Part shown: piece by piece, positions 9,304 through 18,229 of the stretch | Layout: each line of letters begins with the position of its first letter | Position numbering within the stretch: the stretch's first letter is position 1 | Origin: an uncultured Lachnospiraceae bacterium | GTDB taxonomy: Bacteria; Bacillota; Clostridia; Lachnospirales; Lachnospiraceae | Length of the DNA: 49,931 bases | Assembly (NCBI GenBank): GCA_902795775.1 | Contig: CADBMP010000262.1 | Coordinates: 1-49,931, forward strand | Direction of reading: 5' to 3' | The notes under the pieces: model-generated | Seen by the model: the letters and a program-made list of their open reading frames with translations, nothing else | Database searches by the model: none | What the model was told of the DNA's origin: nothing | Made by a program: the position numbers and the translations under genes

Positions 9304-10362
9304 TTACCTGCTATTTTTTTTCTTTCCTGAAATTTTCCTGCCATCCTCTCCGCGTATGGTAACATATGCCACCCCTGTCATGATGGCACTAATGATAAGC
9401 TGGGCATAAAAACTGATTCCCCTGCTCGCAATCATCACAGGAAGCACCAGTTTCTTCCCGCAGATTTCCCGGAACATCTGTAAGAACAGGTTTTCGCTCA
9501 TCCCCATGCCGCCCGGCAGAGGAAGCATATCCACGCAAACAGAAATCATTCCCTGAAGTGTCGTGACCGTTACCGGCGAATACCCGGAAAGCCCAAAGGA
9601 AAGATACACCAGATATGTGATAAAGAACCAGATGCATCTTTGAAAAAAAGTAATGATAAGCACATTGACGATTACTATTACATTTTTTTTCAGATACTCT
9701 GCCACGCTCCGGTACTTCTCCATGGAACGTCTGACCCTTTCAATCCTCTTTTCTTCCTTTTTCCTGCTTCTGGTCAGCTTTGAAAACACCTGTACCAGAC
9801 GGATCAGGATATTCTCTGCAAGCGTCGGGTGAAACACCAGAATCATCATAAAAGTCACACAAAATACATTCAGGGCAACGCCCAGATAGCACCAGCCAAT
9901 GACCGGCTCCAAATGCCTCATCAACGATGGCGGGCGCAAAATCATCACCGCCACGCCAATGACCACCAGGACCGCCTTGTACGTAATCGTTACCACCATT
10001 AAAATCAAGGTGGAAATCGACATGGAAAGCTTATCCTTTTTCATAAAATAAAGCTGTGCCGGCTGCCCGCCTGTTGCAGACGGCGTAATCGCACTGAAGA
10101 AAAACCCCACAAAAGAATACAAAAAACAGTGTGTAAGAATAACCGGCTGTCCCACTGATTTCATCATATAATAAATGATGACCGACTCGCTCAGGATAAA
10201 TATAACCACCAGGACGACACCTGCCAGCCAGAAAGAAATCTTTGCCTGCCCCAGATATGAAAGAAGGGCATCCATATCCTCACCATGAAAGACATAATAC
10301 AGCGTCAATCCAAAGACCAAAAGCAAAAACAGCGTATTAAATATTGTTTTTTTATTCTTCAT
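9304..10362 (-). CDS. Lysylphosphatidylglycerol-synthase TM (MprF/UPF0104 flippase-like) membrane protein
   Basis: Multiple TM helices; FFSAITPSATGGQP and LPLPGGMGMSE motifs; no aminoacyltransferase domain; likely ATG at 10362. Confidence 0.85.
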   Translation of the reverse strand: MKNKKTIFNTLFLLLVFGLTLYYVFHGEDMDALLSYLGQAKISFWLAGVVLVVIFILSESVIIYYMMKSVGQPVILTHCFLYSFVGFFFSAITPSATGGQPAQLYFMKKDKLSMSISTLILMVVTITYKAVLVVIGVAVMILRPPSLMRHLEPVIGWCYLGVALNVFCVTFMMILVFHPTLAENILIRLVQVFSKLTRSRKKEEKRIERVRRSMEKYRSVAEYLKKNVIVIVNVLIITFFQRCIWFFITYLVYLSFGLSGYSPVTVTTLQGMISVCVDMLPLPGGMGMSENLFLQMFREICGKKLVLPVMIASRGISFYAQLIISAIMTGVAYVTIRGEDGRKISGKKKNSR

Positions 10363-11074
10363 GTGTTCTCTCCCCAAAAACAAACCGATTGATTTTATCA
10401 AACAATTCCATGATTTTTTGATACCATTTTGTATGTTTACCAATATAATAACATACTTCCGCCAAAATTACACCTGCAAAAACATCAATAATAAAATGCT
10501 GCTTTGTAAACAACGTGGATGCAAACACCAAAACCGCCATCACACAGGAAAAAAAACGGTACCAGAGAGGAATTTCTTTTCTTCCCCGGATTCCAATAAA
10601 ACAAAACCAGCTCACCAGACAATGAATAGACGGAAACAGGTTCGATGCATCATCCATCTGGTACACAAAACGCATCAGTGTCTGGAAAAGTCCGTCTCCC
10701 ACGACCTCCGGCCGGACATTCGTGGTCGGCAGCACGATAAAAAAGAATGCACAGACAATACGCGAAAGGTAATCTGCAGTTGCAAAACGAAACCAGTTTT
10801 CTTTCTCCTGCCTGGCAATCATTATATAATTTGCTGTCCAGAACGCAAAACACCCCAAATAAATAATGCTCCATTCCGGCATGAATGGAATTTTCCTGTC
10901 CCATGCCGAAGTAAAATCATAATGCTTTGCTTCTTTCATCAAAAGCTGGAGTCCAAAATACAAGACAGAATTGAGTACAAAACAAAAAATGATAGAAAAA
11001 AAACTATAGACAGGAATCAGCCGCCCAATTGTTTTTTCATAAAGCCGTCCTAAGTTATTTTTCTCCCACATCAT
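10352..11074 (-). CDS. PAP2/AUR1 (IPC-synthase-like) membrane phosphotransferase or phosphatase
   Basis: DRKIPF, NLFPSIH and KQHFIIDV motifs, about 6 TM helices; likely ATG at 11074. Confidence 0.8.
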   Translation of the reverse strand: MMWEKNNLGRLYEKTIGRLIPVYSFFSIIFCFVLNSVLYFGLQLLMKEAKHYDFTSAWDRKIPFMPEWSIIYLGCFAFWTANYIMIARQEKENWFRFATADYLSRIVCAFFFIVLPTTNVRPEVVGDGLFQTLMRFVYQMDDASNLFPSIHCLVSWFCFIGIRGRKEIPLWYRFFSCVMAVLVFASTLFTKQHFIIDVFAGVILAEVCYYIGKHTKWYQKIMELFDKINRFVFGERTHEE

Positions 11075-11399
11075 ACCCCGCCCTTCTTCTGTTTTCTTTG
11101 CTCTGCGTTTCCCTGCCTGCCACAGCCTCCTGTTCTTCCATCCTGTCTGCTGCTGTCCTCTCCTCCCTTTCCTGTTCCCTGCTGACACTGTTTTCTGCGT
11201 CCTTCTCCGGATGGATCAGGCGGTAAAGAAACAGCACCACATAAATCATGACCGGTACCATGATCGTTGCGGCCAGACTGGTCTGAAACATATGGAACGA
11301 TCCCGGCGTGGCCATAAATGCCATAACAGTCGTCACAATATACATTCCAATCAATAACACGATCGCAATCCATGCCATGATTCTTTTTAACCTTTTCAT
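11055..11399 (-). CDS. Small 2-TM membrane protein of unknown function
   Basis: RBS AAGGAG; two hydrophobic helices followed by a charged tail; sits between rarA and the PAP2 gene. Confidence 0.75.
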   Translation of the reverse strand: MKRLKRIMAWIAIVLLIGMYIVTTVMAFMATPGSFHMFQTSLAATIMVPVMIYVVLFLYRLIHPEKDAENSVSREQEREERTAADRMEEQEAVAGRETQSKENRRRAGYDVGEK

Positions 11400-11416
11400 A
11401 CACTCTCCTTTTCTCT

Positions 11417-12733
11417 TTATTTTCCAATTTTCGCAAAATATTCCCGGATTTTCTGTTCATAACCGTTTTCCGAAGGAATATAGAATTTTTCTCCCACAAG
11501 CTCATCCGGCAGATACTGCTGCTCCACATAATGCCCCGGATAATCATGTGCATATTTATATCCTGTCCCACGCCCTAAATTTCCTGCATTTTTATAATGC
11601 GCATCCTGCAAATGAGGCGGAATCGTCCGGATCTCCTGGCTCTGAACAGAATTCATGGCAGAAAAAATGGCATTCACCGCAGAATTGCTTTTAGGAGCAC
11701 TTGCAATATAGCTTGCTGCCTGCGCTAAAATAATCTGTGCCTCCGGCATCCCGACCCGCTCCACTGCCTGTGCCGCACTGGTCGCCAGGACAAGTGCCAT
11801 GGGGTCCGCATTGGACACATCCTCTGCTGCACAGATCATCATCCTTCTGGCAATAAATTTAATATCCTCCCCTGCATAGAGCATCCGCGCCAGATAATAT
11901 ACTGCCGCATCCGGGTCGGAACCGCGCATGCTCTTAATAAATGCGCTGATGGTATCATAGTGGTTATCCCCTGTTTTGTCATAACGGACAATCCGTTTCT
12001 GGATGCATTCAGAAGCCACCTCTTTTGTGATATGGATTTTCCCATCCTCTGCACGTTCCGTCGTAAGCACACCAAGTTCCACCGCATTTAATGCTAATCT
12101 GGCATCTCCACCGGAAATCTCCGCAAGGAAGTCAAGTGCATCCTCTGACACCTCCGCTTCATATGCTCCAAGCCCCCGTTCCCTGTCAGATACTGCCCGT
12201 TGTAACAATTCCCGGATATTCTGCACAGACAGGGGTTTTAACTCCAGGATGACGGACCTTGAAATCAAAGCCCGGTTCACTTCAAAATACGGATTTTCTG
12301 TTGTCGCCCCAATCAGAATGATGGTTCCGTCTTCCACGAACGGTAAAAGATAATCCTGCTGGCTCTTATTAAAACGATGAATCTCATCAATGAAAAGTAT
12401 CGTCTTTTTCCCATACATTCCGGCATTTTCCTTTGCCTGCGCCACCACCTCCTCCATATCCTTTTTTCCCGAGGAAGTGGCATTGATCTGTAAAAACTCC
12501 GCACTTGTGGCATGGGCAATCACTTTTGCCAGAGTTGTTTTTCCAGTGCCTGGCGGACCATAAAAAAGAAGCGAGCTTAATTTATCTGCCTTGATCGCCC
12601 GGTATAAAAGCTTTCCCTTCCCAATGATATGCTCCTGCCCCACCACCTCATCTAATGAGACCGGCCTCATTCTGGAAGCAAGCGGTGATTCCTTTTCTTT
12701 AGTCTGTTCTCTTGCATACTCAAATAAATCCAT
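11417..12733 (-). CDS. rarA: Replication-associated recombination protein A (RarA/MgsA)
   Basis: PLASRMRP, GPPGTGKT, FIDEIHRFNKSQQD, GATTENP and SAFIKSMRGSDPDAA motifs. Confidence 0.96.
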   Translation of the reverse strand: MDLFEYAREQTKEKESPLASRMRPVSLDEVVGQEHIIGKGKLLYRAIKADKLSSLLFYGPPGTGKTTLAKVIAHATSAEFLQINATSSGKKDMEEVVAQAKENAGMYGKKTILFIDEIHRFNKSQQDYLLPFVEDGTIILIGATTENPYFEVNRALISRSVILELKPLSVQNIRELLQRAVSDRERGLGAYEAEVSEDALDFLAEISGGDARLALNAVELGVLTTERAEDGKIHITKEVASECIQKRIVRYDKTGDNHYDTISAFIKSMRGSDPDAAVYYLARMLYAGEDIKFIARRMMICAAEDVSNADPMALVLATSAAQAVERVGMPEAQIILAQAASYIASAPKSNSAVNAIFSAMNSVQSQEIRTIPPHLQDAHYKNAGNLGRGTGYKYAHDYPGHYVEQQYLPDELVGEKFYIPSENGYEQKIREYFAKIGK

Positions 12734-12765
12734 AATAATCCCCCATGCCGGGCACTCTGTGCGCC

Positions 12766-13422
12766 TTAATCTTCAAATACCAGTACCTCATTCTCCAGTT
12801 TTGAAAAATATAACTCCGTCTGGTCAAAATCCAGTCCCGCCTGTCCATTTGATGCCTCTGTAATCTCTTTTTCCACCCTTTCACAATCCTCTGCTGCCAC
12901 AAATACCTTTATTTTTACATCTTCCCCATATACGGTATCTTCCACCGGAAGCCCCAGATTCATGACCACATACTGCAGCTTTCCGATTCCGTTATAATCC
13001 GTCTGTATCGTCAGGCGTTTTCCAAGCCTTTTTGTAATTATCCTGCTGTTTTTCAGACCTTCCTGTGCAGCGGCAGAATATGCCCGTATCAGTCCTCCTG
13101 TTCCCAAAAGCGTACCGCCGAAATATCTGGTCACGACCACCAGTACATTCCTAAGTTCCTGTCCCATCAGCACATCCAGGATGGGTCTTCCCGCCGTTCC
13201 TGACGGCTCCCCGTCATCACTGCAGCGGGAGATTTCACCACCTGCGCCCAGAATATAGGCATGACAGTTATGTCTGGCATCCCAGTACCTCTTTTTTATT
13301 TCTTCCAGTTTCTGCAGCACTTCTTCTTCTGTCCGTACCGGAAACACATGCGCAATAAACCTGGATTTTTTTTCCACGATTTCTCCGGTTCCTGCCTCAT
13401 AAACCGTCTGATATGTCCGCAT
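12766..13422 (-). CDS. yigZ: YigZ/IMPACT family protein
   Basis: KKSRFIA, DARHNCHAY, SDDGEPSGTAG and VTRYFGGTLLGTGGL motifs. Confidence 0.93.
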   Translation of the reverse strand: MRTYQTVYEAGTGEIVEKKSRFIAHVFPVRTEEEVLQKLEEIKKRYWDARHNCHAYILGAGGEISRCSDDGEPSGTAGRPILDVLMGQELRNVLVVVTRYFGGTLLGTGGLIRAYSAAAQEGLKNSRIITKRLGKRLTIQTDYNGIGKLQYVVMNLGLPVEDTVYGEDVKIKVFVAAEDCERVEKEITEASNGQAGLDFDQTELYFSKLENEVLVFED

Positions 13423-13437
13423 CTTTTTCTCTCCCTT

Positions 13438-14703
13438 TCATATGTCCCTGTCCACAGACAGAATCTCCGTACTCCTCTCAAGAATTCCGTTCACATACGC
13501 TAAAAATATCCCATAATTCACAATCGGCACCTGACATGCTTTCGCACATGCGAGCCGACGTTTCATCTCCTTTTCATGGAGCGTACAGCCCCCGCAGTGA
13601 ATCACCAGCGCATATTTGTCAAGCTTCTCCGGGAAATCCCCGCCACTGGAGGTCTCCAGCACAAGCTCTTTTCCCGTATATTTTTTCAAAAGTCCCGGAA
13701 TCTTTACGGTACCGATGTCCTCACACTGCCTGTGGTGCGTACAGCCTTCTGAAATCAGGATCCGGCTGCCGTCTTTTAAATGCTCCAGAGCTTTCACGCC
13801 ATCTGTCAGAACATCAAGCTCTCCCTTATATCTGGCAAACAGGATGGAAAAAGAAGTCAAAAAGATTTCTCCCGGAACCATGGCATCCACCTCTTTAAAT
13901 GCCTGCGAATCCGTCACCACAAGCCTGATCTGTCCTTTGAACCTTTCAAGTACAGAAGGAAGCTCCTCCGGCTGCGTCACTACCGCCGCTGCATGATGGT
14001 CAAGAATTTCCCTGAGCACCTGCTGCTGCGGCAGGATGATCCTTCCCTTTGGAGCCGCAGAATCCACCGGGACCACAAGTACCACCATTTCCCCCGGACA
14101 AATCAGATCCCTTATAATATACCGTTCTTTTTTTTCTTCCGGAACAAGTCTTATCAGTGCCTGCTTTAATTCTTCCATTCCCCTGTTTTCCACTGCACTT
14201 GTAAGAACCGCCGCTGCCGGAAAACCCTGAAACATTTCCTTTAATTCCAAGGCTTCCTGCTCCTCCAGACGGTCAGCCTGGTTCAAAACAAGAACATATG
14301 GGATCTTATTCTCCTGCAGCTTTTCCGCTAATGTCCGTTCTTTTTCCAGAATTTTCCCGTCTGTCTGTTTTCCATTTTTTACGTATTCCTTCCACAAAGA
14401 GCCTGCGTCCAGAACCAGCAGAGCCGCATCTGCTGTATTCATGGCCTGAAGTGCCTTTTCCACACGTTTCCTTCCAAGCTCTCCTTCATCATCAAGCCCC
14501 GGTGTATCCACCAAAAGACATGGTCCAAGCGGCAGAATCTCCATCGCCTTTGACACCGGGTCTGTCGTCGTCCCTGCAATATCTGATACAATGGCGAGCG
14601 GCTGTCCGGTAAGTGCATTTAAAAGACTGGATTTTCCCACATTTCTTTTTCCATACAGAACAATATGAAACCGCTCTCCTTTCGGAGTTTCCTGTAGACC
14701 CAT
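13438..14703 (-). CDS. hydF: [FeFe]-hydrogenase H-cluster maturation GTPase HydF
   Basis: GKRNVGKSS, DTPGLDD, APKGRIILPQ, TDSQAF, and the Fe-S motif CTHHRQCEDIG...HCGGC. Confidence 0.94.
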   Translation of the reverse strand: MGLQETPKGERFHIVLYGKRNVGKSSLLNALTGQPLAIVSDIAGTTTDPVSKAMEILPLGPCLLVDTPGLDDEGELGRKRVEKALQAMNTADAALLVLDAGSLWKEYVKNGKQTDGKILEKERTLAEKLQENKIPYVLVLNQADRLEEQEALELKEMFQGFPAAAVLTSAVENRGMEELKQALIRLVPEEKKERYIIRDLICPGEMVVLVVPVDSAAPKGRIILPQQQVLREILDHHAAAVVTQPEELPSVLERFKGQIRLVVTDSQAFKEVDAMVPGEIFLTSFSILFARYKGELDVLTDGVKALEHLKDGSRILISEGCTHHRQCEDIGTVKIPGLLKKYTGKELVLETSSGGDFPEKLDKYALVIHCGGCTLHEKEMKRRLACAKACQVPIVNYGIFLAYVNGILERSTEILSVDRDI

Positions 14704-14774
14704 AGCTTCCCCTTTTTCCTAAAACATGATTCATAACTTTCCATTCCAGCCAGAAAGCTGGTTTTCCTGATATT

Positions 14775-16052
14775 TTATCTAATCTGCCCGTTCCCATTGA
14801 TCAAATACTTCATGGTCGTAAGCTCCCTTAATCCCATTGGTCCCCGGACATGCAGCTTCTGGGTAGAAATCCCGATTTCCGCTCCAAGGCCAAATTCGCC
14901 CCCATCTGTAAACCTTGTGGAACAGTTCACATATACACAGGCAGAATCTACCTCCCTCTGGAACTTTTCTGCATGATCATAATCCTTCGTCACAATGCAT
15001 TCCGAATGTCCGGTAGAATACTTTTTGATGTGGGCAATTGCCTCCTCCACAGAATCTACCACTTTTACCGCCAAAATATAATCCAGAAATTCTGTTGCAT
15101 AATCCTCTTCTGTCGCCTGAATCACCGTTTGTCCCAGAATTTCCTTTGTTTTTTCGCACCCCCTCATCTCTACTGAATGAGATTCAAACCGTTTTTTCAG
15201 AAGTGGGAGAAATGCTTCTGCCACATCCTTATGCACCAGACAAGTCTCTAACGCATTACATACACTAGGTCTTTGTGTCTTTCCGTTATCTGTAATATCC
15301 ACCGCCATCTCCAAATCTGCGGATGCATCTATGTAGATATGGCAGTTTCCGGTTCCTGTTTCAATGACCGGCACCGTTGCATTTTTTACAATGGCCTGAA
15401 TCAGCCCTGCACCACCTCTTGGAATCAGGACGTCAATATATTCGTTAGCGCGCATCATTTCTGTAGACACCTCTCTTGAGGTATCTTCCACAAGCTGTAC
15501 AGTCTCCTTTGGAAATCCACAGGTTTCCAGTGCCTGCTGCATAAGCTTCATTAAAATCTTATTGGAACAAATGGCTTCCTTTCCACCACGCAGGATTGCC
15601 GCATTTCCGCTCTTAATACAGAGTGCAGCCGCATCCACCGTCACGTTTGGCCTTGATTCATAAATAATCCCAATAACCCCCATTGGTACGCGGACTTTTG
15701 TGATCCGCATCCCATTTGGCCTTACCGAGCCGGAAAGCACCTCTCCCACAGGGTCTTCTAAATTCACAAGCTCCAGACATGCATCTGCAATTCCCTCTAT
15801 GCGCTCCTTTGTCAGTCTGAGCCGATCCACCATGGTGTCAGAAATCCCGTTCTCCTTTGCATGTGCGATATCCTTTTCATTTTCCAGTAAAATCTGTTCC
15901 ATATTCTCCCGAAGACACTTTGAAATCTCTGTCAGGATTTGATTCTTCTCACCAGTAGAAGCTGTCCCGATCCTTCCTCTGGAATCCACCGCTTTTTTCC
16001 CTAATTCCTCTATATAACCCATATGCCTTTTCTTCCTTTCCTCATATTCCAT
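14775..16052 (-). CDS. proA: Gamma-glutamyl phosphate reductase
   Basis: YESRPNVT, LRGGKEA, IPRGG, GTGNCH, RPSVCNALE and STQKLHVRGPMGL motifs. Confidence 0.96.
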   Translation of the reverse strand: MEYEERKKRHMGYIEELGKKAVDSRGRIGTASTGEKNQILTEISKCLRENMEQILLENEKDIAHAKENGISDTMVDRLRLTKERIEGIADACLELVNLEDPVGEVLSGSVRPNGMRITKVRVPMGVIGIIYESRPNVTVDAAALCIKSGNAAILRGGKEAICSNKILMKLMQQALETCGFPKETVQLVEDTSREVSTEMMRANEYIDVLIPRGGAGLIQAIVKNATVPVIETGTGNCHIYIDASADLEMAVDITDNGKTQRPSVCNALETCLVHKDVAEAFLPLLKKRFESHSVEMRGCEKTKEILGQTVIQATEEDYATEFLDYILAVKVVDSVEEAIAHIKKYSTGHSECIVTKDYDHAEKFQREVDSACVYVNCSTRFTDGGEFGLGAEIGISTQKLHVRGPMGLRELTTMKYLINGNGQIR

Positions 16053-16173
16053 GTTCCCCTACGTTCTTTTTTGCCGGTCCGCTTCCCGACAGCCCGGATT
16101 AAATGATATGCATACAACTCATATAAACCTGCAGCCTTTTTCCCGGCCCGCTTCCCAGCAGCCTTACAGGGAA

Positions 16174-17052
16174 TTATTTGATATCAATTTTTTTGCTGCT
16201 CGCAATCGCCAGGGCTCCCGGACCGATATGACAGGAGACACTTAATGACAGTGGATTGACCACTATTTCCTCAATCCCCCACTTTTCCTGAATCCAGTTC
16301 ACAAAGTCTTTTGCAGCATCCTCATTATATGTATAAGCCACGGCAAAATTCACATCATGAATCCTGTTCATTCCCCCGAAACGATTTTCCATGTCAGCTT
16401 CCATGGCTGCAATCATCTTTGCTGCTCCCTGCTTTGCAGTCCTTGCCACCATATATTTATCCAGCTTTTCTCCCTGAATCTGAAGTACGGGCTTTAACCG
16501 CAGCGCAGAACCAAGTGCTGCAGCCGCCGGAGTGATTCTTCCACCCTTTTTTAGATATTTCAGCGTATCCAGCATAATATAAATGCTGGACTCTGACTTC
16601 ACCTTTTCCAGATATTCCTTAATTTCCAACGCACTTTTTCCAGCATCTGCCAGAGTCCTTGCATCCAGTACAGACTGTCTCTGTGTCACAGAAATCCTCT
16701 GATTATTCACCACCTGCACCCTTCCCTGATACTCCTCTGCCAGCATAAGTGCCGTCTGGCAGGAACCGGACAATCCGCTGGACATTGGAATATATACCAC
16801 GCTCTCTGCCTGGCCAAGAAGGCGTTCCCATTCCCCAGTCACATTTTCAGGAGAAGGCTGCGATGTAGAAATCTCCGAATCATCTGTCAGATTTTTATAA
16901 AAATCCTCCTGTGTAAAATCTACCCCTTCAAAATACGTATTTCCATTAATCAAAAATGGCATCGGAATTACAGAAACGCCGTACCTGTCTGCGTCTTCCT
17001 TTGTCATTCCGCTGTTACTGTCTGTTAAAATTGCAATTTTTTCCATACCCAC
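16174..17052 (-). CDS. DegV family fatty-acid-binding protein (FakB-like)
   Basis: ILTDS, STSQPSP, SSGLSGS, YLKKGGRI and HIGPG motifs; promoter TTGTAA-17-TATACT at 17159..17131. Confidence 0.92.
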   Translation of the reverse strand: MGMEKIAILTDSNSGMTKEDADRYGVSVIPMPFLINGNTYFEGVDFTQEDFYKNLTDDSEISTSQPSPENVTGEWERLLGQAESVVYIPMSSGLSGSCQTALMLAEEYQGRVQVVNNQRISVTQRQSVLDARTLADAGKSALEIKEYLEKVKSESSIYIMLDTLKYLKKGGRITPAAAALGSALRLKPVLQIQGEKLDKYMVARTAKQGAAKMIAAMEADMENRFGGMNRIHDVNFAVAYTYNEDAAKDFVNWIQEKWGIEEIVVNPLSLSVSCHIGPGALAIASSKKIDIK

Positions 17053-17329
17053 CTCATCATTTTTTTGAAGTTGTACCTGTATCCTGCCATATAAGCTCTA
17101 CTGTGGCTCATACAGGCATTTCCCTAATTTAGTATATATGAAATCAGAACAAATTACAAGACTCCCTGGCAGACGTCACAGTTTACACATGCATGTGAAT
17201 AGTAACCCACAGACATCTGTACAAACCAGTTTTTTGTTTTTTTCTCTTGCGTTCCGTTCCCTCCCGTAGTATGATATTCATACGCAATTATTACCATGGA
17301 GTTACTTCGTACCGGAAGGGAGGGATATT

Positions 17330-18229
17330 ATGCATCGTTTTCTGCGCGCCATTGGCTTCAGCCACTTAAAGACCAGACAGGAGCTGGAAGCCATCCTCGG
17401 AAAGATTATGCAGGCACCGGATCATGTCAAAAAAATACAGCTTTCCAAAGAAACCAACTACACCGAATTTTCCATGCAGTTCGGTCAGGGAATCGGCATC
17501 CGTATTCGTGGCGAATACGATGAAAAGGGGTTCTTTTACATGCAGCATTATTTCCCTTTCTGTGAAAGCAAGCTCATTACCTCCTCAGAGGACATTATCG
17601 TAAATAAACGGGTAGACACAAATGCGTTCACCGGAATGTGCGATGACCTGCGCATTGGAATCTCTCTCATCTTTTATTTACAAAATGCAGTAGATTATTT
17701 AGAGCTTCACACCCCGGACAATACCCCGCACAAAGCAAAGCTTACATTAGCCGGGCTTTCCCTGAAAGGCACCATTTTGTTAGGCGTTTATCAGGACGAC
17801 AGGAATGATGAGCGGAAAAAGATTCGTTCCAGCCGCAGAAACCATCTGATCACAAAGGCAAAAAACGGCGACCAGAAAGCCATTGATGATCTGACACTGG
17901 AAGAAATCGACTTATCCGCCAAAATCCAGAACCGCATCAAGCAGGAAGATCTGTACTCCATTGTAGAAACGACCTTCATTCCTTACGGCTCAGAATCTGA
18001 CCATTACTCCATTTTGGGCACCATTGTAAACTGGAGCCTGTGCACAAACCTGCACACCAATGAAGGAGTATATCAGATGCTTTTAAACTGCAACGGCATC
18101 TTAATCACTGTATGCATCAACAAAGAAGACCTTTTTGGCGAACCAATGCTTGGCAGACGCTTTAAAGGCGTTATCTGGATGCAGGGGCATGCCGATTTTG
18201 AACAGCTCAGACCAGCTGCGGACAGCTAA
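17330..18229 (+). CDS. DUF3881-like conserved clostridial protein
   Basis: MHRFLRAIGFS start, GMCDDLRIGISLIFYLQN, FIPYGSESD and GRRFKGVIWMQG (family recalled, not searched); promoter TTGCGT-17-TATGAT at 17247..17275. Confidence 0.75.
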   Translation: MHRFLRAIGFSHLKTRQELEAILGKIMQAPDHVKKIQLSKETNYTEFSMQFGQGIGIRIRGEYDEKGFFYMQHYFPFCESKLITSSEDIIVNKRVDTNAFTGMCDDLRIGISLIFYLQNAVDYLELHTPDNTPHKAKLTLAGLSLKGTILLGVYQDDRNDERKKIRSSRRNHLITKAKNGDQKAIDDLTLEEIDLSAKIQNRIKQEDLYSIVETTFIPYGSESDHYSILGTIVNWSLCTNLHTNEGVYQMLLNCNGILITVCINKEDLFGEPMLGRRFKGVIWMQGHADFEQLRPAADS

